IMG/VR virus record: IMGVR_UViG_3300043418_000226 | DNA length: 64,000 nucleotides | Reading direction: 5' to 3' (one strand) | Source: a virus | Taxonomy: Duplodnaviria; Heunggongvirae; Uroviricota; Caudoviricetes | In this document: piece after piece, positions 49,203-58,315 of the stretch | How positions within the stretch are numbered: the first letter of the stretch is position 1 | How the letters are laid out: each line of letters opens with the position of its first letter | Notes under the pieces: model-generated | Seen by the model: only the letters and a program-made list of their open reading frames with translations | Databases searched by the model: none | What the model was told of the DNA's origin: nothing | Made by a program: the position numbers and the translations under genes

Positions 49203-49231
49203 AATCCTCACAGAAATGTGGGGATTTTTTT
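49203..49231 (+). terminator. Intrinsic terminator (GAAA loop)
   Basis: aatcctcaca-gaaa-tgtggggatt + T tract; near-identical copy at 50881. Confidence 0.8.
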
Positions 49232-49259
49232 GTTTATTAAAATATAATGTGTATCTTTG
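49229..49259 (+). promoter_or_regulatory. Bacteroidota-type promoter
   Basis: TTTG-N19-TATCTTTG. Confidence 0.65.
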
Positions 49260-49280
49260 TAGAAATTAAAACACTGTAAG

Positions 49281-49937
49281 ATGTTAAAGATAGAAAATAC
49301 AAGAAAAGTGTGGGTAACATCGGACACACATTTTGCTCACGGTAACATTTGCCGTGGAACAACTAATTGGAGATTACCTAACGGCGACATTCCCGAAGAC
49401 CAAACAAGAGACTTTCTTACCTTAGATAAGATGAACGATACAATTGTCAACAACATCAATGAAGTTGTTGGTCAAGATGACGTGTTAATTCATTTTGGTG
49501 ACTGGTCATTTGGTGGGTTCGAAAATATTCAAACATTGAGAGACAGAATTATTTGTCAGGAGATTCATTTAATATTAGGTAATCACGACCATCACATCGA
49601 TAGAAATAGAGAGAACTGTCAAAGTCTATTCAGTAGTGTCCAATGGTTCCTACAATTGAACTACATGGGTGAAACGATAGAATGTATGCATTTCCCTATA
49701 AGTTCTTGGAATGGTCTTAATAAGGGTCGCATTCACTTACATGGACACCAACACTTACCACATCACAGAAAGATTACCAATGGTAGACGTATGGACGTTG
49801 GTATGGACGGTCACCCTGAGTTTAGACCTTACGATTTACACCGTGAGATTATAAACCCAATGAAAAAGTTAGCAATAGGTTCGGAAATGGGAAGTCACGA
49901 CCATCACCTTGATGATATTAAAGGAATTGTTGGTTAA
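49281..49937 (+). CDS. Calcineurin-like metallophosphoesterase
   Basis: SDTHF, HFGD, LGNHD, HLHGHQH, DVGMD. Confidence 0.9.
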   Translation: MLKIENTRKVWVTSDTHFAHGNICRGTTNWRLPNGDIPEDQTRDFLTLDKMNDTIVNNINEVVGQDDVLIHFGDWSFGGFENIQTLRDRIICQEIHLILGNHDHHIDRNRENCQSLFSSVQWFLQLNYMGETIECMHFPISSWNGLNKGRIHLHGHQHLPHHRKITNGRRMDVGMDGHPEFRPYDLHREIINPMKKLAIGSEMGSHDHHLDDIKGIVG

Positions 49938-49988
49938 TATTTGGTAATGTCGAATTTTTTAATTATATTATAACAAATAAAGAAACGT

Positions 49989-50426
49989 ATGAACATTAAA
50001 CAAGCACTTAAACAAAAGAATAAACTTGTAGGTTTAATCTCTGAGGAGTTTAACAAAGCGGCAAAGTATAACGTTGTCGACGAAGGAAATCCACGTCCAT
50101 ATTCTGCAACTGAATCTATTGCTAAATGGATGACTTTGACGGATGAGTTAGTTGAATTAAAAACAAAGATTCATAAGGCAAATCAACCAATGTATAGTCG
50201 TATCTTCAGATTAGCTGAGTGTAAAAACCAAGTTAAGTATTTGAAGAGTTTAGATTGTACTTCAGGTAAAGTGGCCAATCGTTGGGATTCAACAGAACCA
50301 ACAGTTAAACATGCCGAAATCAATATTATTGAAAGAGATAATATGGTTAAGACATTGGAATCTCAAATTGAATTTATTCAAGATGAATTAGACCAATGGA
50401 ACCATAATACCACTATTGAGGATTAA
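49989..50426 (+). CDS. Coiled-coil protein, DIP1984-like
   Basis: MNIKQALK.K..LKTKIHKAN..IQDELDQWNHNT pattern. Confidence 0.55.
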   Translation: MNIKQALKQKNKLVGLISEEFNKAAKYNVVDEGNPRPYSATESIAKWMTLTDELVELKTKIHKANQPMYSRIFRLAECKNQVKYLKSLDCTSGKVANRWDSTEPTVKHAEINIIERDNMVKTLESQIEFIQDELDQWNHNTTIED

Positions 50427-50432
50427 GGACTT

Positions 50433-50618
50433 GGTTGGGGGACGAGTGATTTTAGATAATCAAATACCTATGGTATTTAACTACATGATATATGTTGTGT
50501 TCTGATAACTTGATGAAGATTTCGAATTCAAACTTAAATTTTCATATAGTCAACATTACGTTAACGTCAACACATAAAATTCTTTTACGATTATTTTAAA
50601 AGAACTCTGAACCCAACC
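50433..50618 (+). ncRNA. Candidate structured non-coding RNA
   Basis: Ends pair over ~23 bp: ggttggg/cccaacc, gagt/actc, tandem GA/GA, ttttagataatc/gattattttaaaa; internal hairpin aaatacc-tat-ggtattt; T tract follows. Confidence 0.55.
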
Positions 50619-50657
50619 TTTTTATACTTTCAGTGTATTTATATATAAATTAAGAAA

Positions 50658-50861
50658 ATGGCAAACGTAGTTAAAATAAAACAATCAGATATCGTAGACA
50701 TGGCGGTTAACATTATTAAAGAAAACGCTAACATGATGGGTAATAATCAAGAAATTGACGAACAAGCTAACGAAATTGGTATTTTAATTGGTAAAGGTGA
50801 AGATGGGTTCTATTATGCCTATAACCCTGAAACAGGAGACGTATTGGGAAGAACTAAATAA
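50658..50861 (+). CDS. Small late protein
   Basis: TATTTATA at 50636; KIKQSDIVDM..IIKE leader; own terminator. Confidence 0.65.
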   Translation: MANVVKIKQSDIVDMAVNIIKENANMMGNNQEIDEQANEIGILIGKGEDGFYYAYNPETGDVLGRTK

Positions 50862-50880
50862 AAACACACACTATATAATT

Positions 50881-50907
50881 AACCTCACAGAAATGTGGGG
50901 TTTTTTT
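50881..50907 (+). terminator. Intrinsic terminator (repeat of the 49203 element)
   Basis: aacctcaca-gaaa-tgtggggtt + T tract. Confidence 0.8.
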
Positions 50908-50917
50908 ATGCTTTTTT

Positions 50918-50949
50918 TTTGGTTAATAAAAATATTATGATTATCTTTG
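50918..50949 (+). promoter_or_regulatory. Bacteroidota-type promoter
   Basis: TTTG-N20-TATCTTTG. Confidence 0.7.
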
Positions 50950-50953
50950 TCAG

Positions 50954-51424
50954 ATGAAAAGTGAATATAAGATTTATTGTGACATGGACGGAGTCCTTGT
51001 TGACTTTGATAAGGGTTATAAAGATTTAACCGGTGTCGAATTAGATGGTGAACATCGTAGTGATGATCACTTTTGGGACCCCATTAATGATGCGGGATAC
51101 GATTTTTGGATTAACCTTCCGTGGGCATCGGATGGTAAAAGATTATGGAAGTATATTGAAAAATACAGTCCTGAGTTATTGTCCGCACCTTCGAGACAAA
51201 CAGAATCGAGAGTGGCAAAAAATGATTGGGTTAACAGGGAATTACCTGGTACTCATTTAATTTTAAGAAGTGCAAAACATAAGAAAGACTTCGCAGCACC
51301 TAACGCAATATTAATTGACGACCGTCTGGATAACATCCAAGGTTGGAGAGATGCTGGCGGTATCGGAATTCACCATATTAATACTAAACACACAATTGAC
51401 CAATTAAAATCATTAGGACTATGA
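50954..51424 (+). CDS. 5'(3')-deoxyribonucleotidase (HAD, NT5C-like)
   Basis: YCDMDGVLVDF, LSAP, LIDD..W..AGGIGI. Confidence 0.85.
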   Translation: MKSEYKIYCDMDGVLVDFDKGYKDLTGVELDGEHRSDDHFWDPINDAGYDFWINLPWASDGKRLWKYIEKYSPELLSAPSRQTESRVAKNDWVNRELPGTHLILRSAKHKKDFAAPNAILIDDRLDNIQGWRDAGGIGIHHINTKHTIDQLKSLGL

Positions 51425-51681
51425 AAAAATTATTATTTGCAATCATCTGTATCGGATTCGTAAGTTGCACAGACAATCAAATGGCACGTAACTTTGGTGG
51501 TACTGAAATTATTAATTTAGAACCGGGTAAACGATTAGTTAACATTACATGGAAAGGTAATGATAATGCGAGTTTATGGATTCTAACAAAACAAGATACC
51601 ACGGCACCATCAACTTACTCATTTAAAGAGAAGTCAGGTTTTGGAAATATTGAAGGTGAAGTAATCATTAAGGAACAATAA
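51421..51681 (+). CDS. Putative lipoprotein
   Basis: Signal peptide with FVSC lipobox. Confidence 0.65.
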   Translation: MKKLLFAIICIGFVSCTDNQMARNFGGTEIINLEPGKRLVNITWKGNDNASLWILTKQDTTAPSTYSFKEKSGFGNIEGEVIIKEQ

Positions 51682-51682
51682 G

Positions 51683-52543
51683 ATGAAAAAATTAATTAGA
51701 AAGGGTGTATTTGAAACTAACAGTTCATCTTCCCACTCAATTGCAATTGCAACTGAAGACAAGGAGTTTGTATTAGACACAATTTATCCTGACCAAAATG
51801 GTATCGTTACAATTCAAGGTGACGAATATGGTTGGGAATGGTTTAAACATAATGATTCAGAGACTAAAGCATCATATGCTGCACAATCGTTCGCTAATGA
51901 TGATGACCAATTGGATGTTTTGAGAGAAGTTATTATGGAACAAACAGGAGCCAACGATGTTATATTCGAAGGACTTGATGACGGTTATATTGACCACGAT
52001 TCATATGGTACAGCACCGAGAAGTAAGTACGAGTTAAAGAACTTTATCTTCAATAAGAACTCTTGGTTGTTCGGAGGTAACGATAATAGTTCACCTGACC
52101 CAACGTTCTATCACGTACCTGAAATTCGTGATGGTAAAATGATTCAACCGGTATACAAGTTTGAATTATCAATTGAAGGATTAGAAAGAACAACTAAGTT
52201 CTTAACTGAACCATCTGAAGAAGAATTGGGAGATGCAATATCAACCATTCTTGACGATTCACTTTTAACTGAAGGTGGCGATTTTATTACTGACAACAGT
52301 ATCATGTGGCAAATCAGTCGAAGTAAAGATTATTATAAGTTATCTTATAATATAACACAAGATTACACAACTAATGAGGTTATCTTCATTAAGGAATCAT
52401 TTAACACGTATTCGTTGAATAAAGAATATGAAAAGGAAATGGAAGGAATGAATTGGAACGATAAAAGTATTTTTATCTCAAATAAAATTCTCGAAATTCC
52501 TGGAGTAACAAAGAAAGTTAAATTCACATTAAAAGAAATCTAA
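51683..52543 (+). CDS. 'FETNSSS' motif protein
   Basis: IRKGVFETNSSSSHSI; GYIDHDS; GNDN. Confidence 0.7.
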   Translation: MKKLIRKGVFETNSSSSHSIAIATEDKEFVLDTIYPDQNGIVTIQGDEYGWEWFKHNDSETKASYAAQSFANDDDQLDVLREVIMEQTGANDVIFEGLDDGYIDHDSYGTAPRSKYELKNFIFNKNSWLFGGNDNSSPDPTFYHVPEIRDGKMIQPVYKFELSIEGLERTTKFLTEPSEEELGDAISTILDDSLLTEGGDFITDNSIMWQISRSKDYYKLSYNITQDYTTNEVIFIKESFNTYSLNKEYEKEMEGMNWNDKSIFISNKILEIPGVTKKVKFTLKEI

Positions 52544-53145
52544 TGTCAGAAAAAACTATCATATTAGAGAAAGATGCGGAAGGATTAATCGAGTTGGTTA
52601 ACCTTGAGGCATGGAAAGTTAATGAACAAAAATATTTCATTAAAAAAGAGAAAGCAATTGAGTTTGTTATCACACATAAAAAATGTGAGTGTGGTGAATT
52701 AATGGACAAATATCGTTCATTGTGTCATCATTGTCAAACTGTTGAGTGGAATAAACAATCCGATGGACGTTATCTAAAGATGCCATTCAAAGAATGGGAC
52801 GGTAAAACCTATTTGGTTATACATGATGGAGACGATTTCTTCAGTGATGAAAGTGAGATTGAAGATTACCTCGCAGTAAACGAAATTAAACTTGAGGATT
52901 TGAAGTTATGTATTTGTGAACCAAATCATTTACCTCAAATAAATTACGACGAATTATGTGATGACATCATGCCTGAGAATGAAGATGACCTTAACAAATT
53001 ATGTCCAGAGGTATTAAAGAAGATTGATGAGTTAAATGAATTCATTAGTAATCAAAAACCAATCAGTTGGACTGAAGGAATTTATCGAACGACGGTAAAA
53101 CTTGGGAATAAAGAAGACATCACAGACAAAGATTTATTTAGTTAA
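52543..53145 (+). CDS. Hypothetical protein with Zn ribbon
   Basis: CECG..CHHC. Confidence 0.6.
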   Translation: MSEKTIILEKDAEGLIELVNLEAWKVNEQKYFIKKEKAIEFVITHKKCECGELMDKYRSLCHHCQTVEWNKQSDGRYLKMPFKEWDGKTYLVIHDGDDFFSDESEIEDYLAVNEIKLEDLKLCICEPNHLPQINYDELCDDIMPENEDDLNKLCPEVLKKIDELNEFISNQKPISWTEGIYRTTVKLGNKEDITDKDLFS

Positions 53146-53156
53146 AAACAAATAAG

Positions 53157-54035
53157 ATGATAAAATATCAAAACGGAAATAGTACGGTTGAACTTAGTAA
53201 AGATGGTACCAGAGTTATTACATTTGAAGATACACTTCAATTAGAATATCCTTTGAATATCGACATTCGTGTTAGTACTGCGTGTTCGTTAGGTTTTAAT
53301 CCTAACACAAACAAGGCAACGTGTGAATTTTGTCATGAATCTGCAAGAACTGATGGTACTGAATGTGACTATCAAGGATTAATTGATAAGTTACAAGGAT
53401 TACCTAAAGGAATTGAATTAGCCATCGGTGGGAATAAACTCACCGTCGGTTTAATTGGTTTCATTATGTGGGCAAAAAGGGAAGGTTATATCTGTAACTT
53501 AACTGTTAACCACTTACACATCAATCGAGAATCAGATACATTAAAGATGTTACTTGAAAATGATTTATTGGGTGGATTAGGTATCTCATATAGAAAAGGT
53601 TACCCGTTAAATTTTGACGAGTATTTTCTTAATCACCCTAACGTTGTTGCACATGTAATCGCCGGTATAGATGATGTGGATGATGTTGTGGCGTCCCCAT
53701 TCAAAAAAGTGTTGGTATTGGGATATAAAACATTTGGATTCGGAGTTGATTACTACGATGATGAAGTTAAAGACGGTATTCAAAAATGGTATTGGTGGAT
53801 TAAGAAAGTCATCGACTCTAAGGATGTTGTATCATTTGACAACTTAGCACTCGAACAACTTAACATTAAGAGATTCTTACCCGATGAACAATGGGAAGAA
53901 TTCAACCAAAATGAGCACAGCCTTTATATCAACGCAGTTGAAGGTTACTTATCCCCATCAAGTCGATGTCACGATAAAACAAATTGGGAAGATATAACAA
54001 TAAAAGATTATTTTTTAGAGAAAGAAAAATCGTAG
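53157..54035 (+). CDS. Radical SAM protein with expanded CX12CX2C motif
   Basis: PLNIDIRVSTAC-SLGFNPNTNKAT-CEFCHES; ELAIGG. Confidence 0.75.
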   Translation: MIKYQNGNSTVELSKDGTRVITFEDTLQLEYPLNIDIRVSTACSLGFNPNTNKATCEFCHESARTDGTECDYQGLIDKLQGLPKGIELAIGGNKLTVGLIGFIMWAKREGYICNLTVNHLHINRESDTLKMLLENDLLGGLGISYRKGYPLNFDEYFLNHPNVVAHVIAGIDDVDDVVASPFKKVLVLGYKTFGFGVDYYDDEVKDGIQKWYWWIKKVIDSKDVVSFDNLALEQLNIKRFLPDEQWEEFNQNEHSLYINAVEGYLSPSSRCHDKTNWEDITIKDYFLEKEKS

Positions 54036-54082
54036 TATTTATAATCAGGAAGAATATTCTGATAAATAAATAAAAAAATACG

Positions 54083-54922
54083 ATGATAATCTATAGAATA
54101 AAGTCAAAAATAAATAATAAATGTTACATCGGGGTATGTAAAAATTTTTATATTAGAAAAAGAACACATTTACAACATCTAAATAAAAATAATCATCATT
54201 CCATCAAGTTACAACGAGCGTGGAATAAGTATGGGTCAGATAATTTTATTTTTGAAATATTAGAATCTGACATCGATGAAAATGTAATTTTTAAAAAAGA
54301 AATTGAGTTTATAAAAAATTATAATACGTTTAAAACCGGTTATAATTGCACAATTGGGGGCGAAGGTACGTTAGGTCGGTTTGGTTCAAAACACCACAAT
54401 TCAAAATATTATCACATCTATAATATTCATGGTGATTATGTAACAAAAAAATTAATGTTAAAGGGAATACAGGATTTTACAGGAAAAACATTTAGAATAT
54501 CAAATAAAGGATTTAGCATTTCTGGCGAATATGTTATTACTAAAAAATATGAAGGTAAAAAATTTACAAAACATCACAAAATTTTCAAATACAATTTAAA
54601 TGGAGACATGGTAAATTCTTATTTATCAACCAGTTTTATAAAAGATTTTGACATTGATGATGTATATAAAAGTATTCGTACAAACACCGCGATAAACGGT
54701 ATTTTTTGGAAAACAAATAGGACCGAACAACAAAAAAAACAATTTAACAATTACAAAGTAAAAATTGGTATGTACACTAAAGAAGGCATTTTTGAACAAT
54801 CATTTGAATCTGTTACCGACGCTTATGATTTTCTATCTATCCCAATAAACGGTAACATTAGTAAATGTTTAAAAAATAAACAAAAAACCGCATATGGACA
54901 TATTTGGTTATTTGATAAATAA
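54083..54922 (+). mobile_element. Free-standing GIY-YIG homing endonuclease with NUMOD1-like repeats
   Basis: IIYRI..NNKCYIG..R...H; LQRAWNKYG; GYN; C-terminal ISKCL..QKTAYGHIW; TATTTATA at 54036. Confidence 0.85.
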
Positions 54923-54931
54923 TCCAATTTA

Positions 54932-54963
54932 TTTGGTATTCCTCTTTTTTTAGTTTACATTTG
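54932..54963 (+). promoter_or_regulatory. Bacteroidota-type promoter
   Basis: TTTG-N20-TACATTTG. Confidence 0.7.
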
Positions 54964-54983
54964 TCTAATAAAATACATTTAAT

Positions 54984-55175
54984 ATGTCAAAAAATAGTTC
55001 AAGCTCCAATGGGGTTGGTTTTTTCGGACTTCTTTTCCTATTATTTTTAGGGTTGAAGTTAACAAATAATATTGATTGGTCATGGTGGTGGGTAACCGCA
55101 CCGTTATGGGGTGGATTTGTTTTAACAATACTGGTTGTATTTGTTTTACTTATCATAAAAGAGATGATGTCATGA
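54984..55175 (+). CDS. Small membrane protein
   Basis: GLKLT..IDWSWWWVTAPLW. Confidence 0.7.
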   Translation: MSKNSSSSNGVGFFGLLFLLFLGLKLTNNIDWSWWWVTAPLWGGFVLTILVVFVLLIIKEMMS

Positions 55176-55843
55176 TTTATATTTCTATAGATATTGAAAC
55201 CACGGGTCTTGACTCGGAAAAAAATAAAGTAATTTCAGTTGCGGCTGTAATTGAAGATACTGAAAAGAAATTACCATTTGAAGAATGTCCTAAGTTTAAT
55301 GTGGCGGTTCTTCAAAATGAATTGATTGGTTCGGCAAGAGCCATCACAATTAATAAACAATTAATTTCAGAAATTGCAGACTATCAGGACGCAAATGATG
55401 AGACTAGAATGTTAATTGACACTGAAAGTGATTACAAATTCATTAGAGAAGATGATGTTGCCAAAGAATTCTATTGGTTCTTAGAACAGAATGGTTTTGG
55501 CGGCCCTATTTTCGATAATAGTGGAGGTTATAGTATCATCAAAGATGGTAAAATTAAAACGATGATTAACGGGGCAACTAAACCCATAACAATTAATGTT
55601 GCCGGTAAGAACTTTGCAACATTCGATAAGTTATTCTTGGAACAATTACCTTGGTGGAAGAAACTAATTAAGATTCGTCAAAGAGTTTTAGACCCGGCGA
55701 TTCTTGTGGTTGATTGGAAAAACGATACGTCGTTACCTAACTTGAAACAGTGTAAGGAACGAACAGGTGTTGAAGGTATAGTTACCCATAACGCATTAGA
55801 AGATGCGTGGGACGTTATCGAAGTAATGAGAAAATTTTATTAA
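55172..55843 (+). CDS. DEDDh 3'-5' exonuclease
   Basis: SIDIETTGL, GKNFATFD, HNALEDA; start reassigned to the coupled ATG. Confidence 0.85.
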   Translation: MIYISIDIETTGLDSEKNKVISVAAVIEDTEKKLPFEECPKFNVAVLQNELIGSARAITINKQLISEIADYQDANDETRMLIDTESDYKFIREDDVAKEFYWFLEQNGFGGPIFDNSGGYSIIKDGKIKTMINGATKPITINVAGKNFATFDKLFLEQLPWWKKLIKIRQRVLDPAILVVDWKNDTSLPNLKQCKERTGVEGIVTHNALEDAWDVIEVMRKFY

Positions 55844-56023
55844 TATTATATGTTAAAACACATTTTAGGTTCTGCACTTTACGTAGTGATTATTTTGTCC
55901 GTTCTCGGACATGTGCCAACTACAAATCATGAGAGGTCGATATTCATTGCGTTCCTCTTATTGATGAATCTTATGTTGTGGTTAATATCGAAAGAGGAAA
56001 ACAAACTTAAAAAATAATGTGTC

Positions 56024-56680
56024 GTGATAAACAATATTGAATTAATAAAACCATTATTGAATTTTGAACAAAGTGGGGATTTTTATATGTTATACGTTTT
56101 TAAACGTAAGAAAGACCAACCAGAAGGGGAAAGAGATAATCATCAATCAGTGAGAACAATAAAGACCTATTGTATAGAGAGTATTGACCATCTAGAAAGG
56201 AGGTTTGATGAAATCATTCAGTTATGTGAAATGTTTAAAGCACGAGCATATATCCATGTTCAGAAACAAAATCATTTTGATGTGTCTTTGAACATGATGG
56301 TTTCATTGGCACAACGTATTCAAAACGGACAACATAGTCAAAAAGGTTTATTCGATTCAGTTGTTGGTCAAATTAAAACCAACGAGAAGAGGTGGATAAT
56401 TGACGTGGACGATATGATGGAAGCAAGTCCAATGATGATGGCACATATCGAATATGAATGTAAACCATATACTGAAGTTGATTTTGACGCTGCCGGTCTT
56501 CCAACAGGTTATAAGGTTGGACCAAAGATTGAAGCAATCATTCCAACTAAGAACGGTCATCACCTAATCACTAAGAAATTTGATGTGATGAAGTTTAAGG
56601 AATTGTATCCTGATTTGGACATTCAAAAGAAAAACCCAACTTTATTGTATTATCCAAACTCATTAGAAAATGTTTCCTGA
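56024..56680 (+). CDS. Conserved phage protein, possible AEP/primase-like fold
   Basis: WIIDVD and PTKNGHHLI resemble AEP motifs I and II. Confidence 0.45.
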   Translation: MINNIELIKPLLNFEQSGDFYMLYVFKRKKDQPEGERDNHQSVRTIKTYCIESIDHLERRFDEIIQLCEMFKARAYIHVQKQNHFDVSLNMMVSLAQRIQNGQHSQKGLFDSVVGQIKTNEKRWIIDVDDMMEASPMMMAHIEYECKPYTEVDFDAAGLPTGYKVGPKIEAIIPTKNGHHLITKKFDVMKFKELYPDLDIQKKNPTLLYYPNSLENVS

Positions 56681-56939
56681 ATTAAACATTCCCGAAGATA
56701 AACAATCGAACAATCAAGTTTCGTTAATTATAGACCCATTTGTCCAAGATTCACTTAAAAGTGTTTCCATAAATTATAACAAAAGTTCATTTGACAATTC
56801 AACATATTGGTATGCTAGACTTTCATTTGAAAATGGTGCAACAAAAGGTGAACAGAGAATCGACAATTGTCCCACCTTTGAGGAAATTGTTGTTAAAGTA
56901 AAACAAATTTTAGATGAGGTTAAAAATAAAACAATATGA
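56670..56939 (+). CDS. Hypothetical protein
   Basis: Coupled ORF. Confidence 0.5.
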   Translation: MFPELNIPEDKQSNNQVSLIIDPFVQDSLKSVSINYNKSSFDNSTYWYARLSFENGATKGEQRIDNCPTFEEIVVKVKQILDEVKNKTI

Positions 56940-57073
56940 ATAAATTCATAAACAACATAAGTTGGGAAAGAGTAATCGATATCGTGTTAATTGCTGCGAT
57001 TTGTTTCTTATCGTATAATGATAAAGATGGTTGGGGTTGGTTAATATTATTATTGATATTAAAGAATTAAATT

Positions 57074-57760
57074 ATGGGAAGTAAGAGAACATTTGTCACC
57101 ACAGATACACATGGTGAATTAGAAAAATTAAAGAACTGTCTCGAACAGGCGAACTTTGATTACGAGGTAGATGAATTGATACATATTGGCGACGTTGTAG
57201 ACAGAGGTCCCGACAGTTATGGTGTGGTAGAATTACTATTATCAATTAAGAATCTAATTTCAATTAGGGGAAATCACGATGAGTGGATGTTAATGTTTAT
57301 TAACACTGGAGAACATCCGGCAATCGGATATTTCAAAGAAACGTTAGCGTCATATCACAAAGGAACGGGACCAACATTAAACATTCCCGATACACATAAA
57401 AAGTTTTTCAGTAATCAAATCAATTATTATATTGATTCGAATAATAGATTGTTTGTACATGCGGGTATTAACCCACTTGAATTTATTCACGAACAATACG
57501 AAGAGGATTTCTATTGGGATAGAGAAATGATTAAATATGCCGTTCGTGTTGAATCGGGTAAACGAATGATGGACGTAAATGGATTTAAACAAATCTTCAT
57601 TGGTCACACACCAACGTTAAATTTCAAATGGCACCCTGAAAATGATAAACCAATCTATGTCGCTCAGGTAATTGATTGTGACACCGGAGCATGTTTCGGA
57701 GGTAAATTATCATTAATTGATATCACAACGGATGAACATATATTATACCAATCAGAATGA
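57074..57760 (+). CDS. Ser/Thr phosphatase-like metallophosphoesterase
   Basis: DTHG, GDVVDRGP, RGNHD, VHAG, GHTP, DTGA. Confidence 0.9.
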   Translation: MGSKRTFVTTDTHGELEKLKNCLEQANFDYEVDELIHIGDVVDRGPDSYGVVELLLSIKNLISIRGNHDEWMLMFINTGEHPAIGYFKETLASYHKGTGPTLNIPDTHKKFFSNQINYYIDSNNRLFVHAGINPLEFIHEQYEEDFYWDREMIKYAVRVESGKRMMDVNGFKQIFIGHTPTLNFKWHPENDKPIYVAQVIDCDTGACFGGKLSLIDITTDEHILYQSE

Positions 57761-58251
57761 AAGTAATTTTTTTAGATATAGACGGTGTTTTAAATGTAAT
57801 CCCACAAGGTTATGACGACTTCGGTGGGATTTTTCATTCCAACTTTGTTGATAACCTTCGTAGGATTATCGATGAGACAGGAGCACAGATAGTGGTTTCA
57901 AGTAGTTGGAGATTTAGTGGGTTAACCAAAATAAAAGATATGTGGTATGTCCGCAATTTACCTGGTAAAGTAATCGATATCACAGTTGATACTCGGGATT
58001 TAATTAGACAAGGTAAATTTAAGTTTCACGATGAAATTATGAGAGGTCATGAAATCCAAGAATGGATAGATAAGACACCTGAATTAGAAAATTATCTTAT
58101 CTTAGATGATGACAATGATTTCCTACCAAACCAACTTAATAATTTTGTTAGAACGGCTAACAATCAGGACCATCCAGATTGTATTGACATCGGATATGGG
58201 TTAACAAATATCTGTACGGAAATGGCAATTGAAATATTAAATAAAAAATAA
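57757..58251 (+). CDS. HAD phosphatase (RNA-repair type)
   Basis: FLDIDGVLN, VSSSWR, RGHEI, ILDDD. Confidence 0.8.
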   Translation: MKVIFLDIDGVLNVIPQGYDDFGGIFHSNFVDNLRRIIDETGAQIVVSSSWRFSGLTKIKDMWYVRNLPGKVIDITVDTRDLIRQGKFKFHDEIMRGHEIQEWIDKTPELENYLILDDDNDFLPNQLNNFVRTANNQDHPDCIDIGYGLTNICTEMAIEILNKK

Positions 58252-58315
58252 TACAAATAATATTTGTACATTAGGTAAAATTGTTTTACTTTTACCGACA
58301 TAAAAGATTTACACT

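Noticed and set aside
49203-50907. Repeated cctcacagaaatgtgggg as mobile-element ends
   Set aside because: Direct copies with T tracts located after genes; best explained as a reused intrinsic terminator
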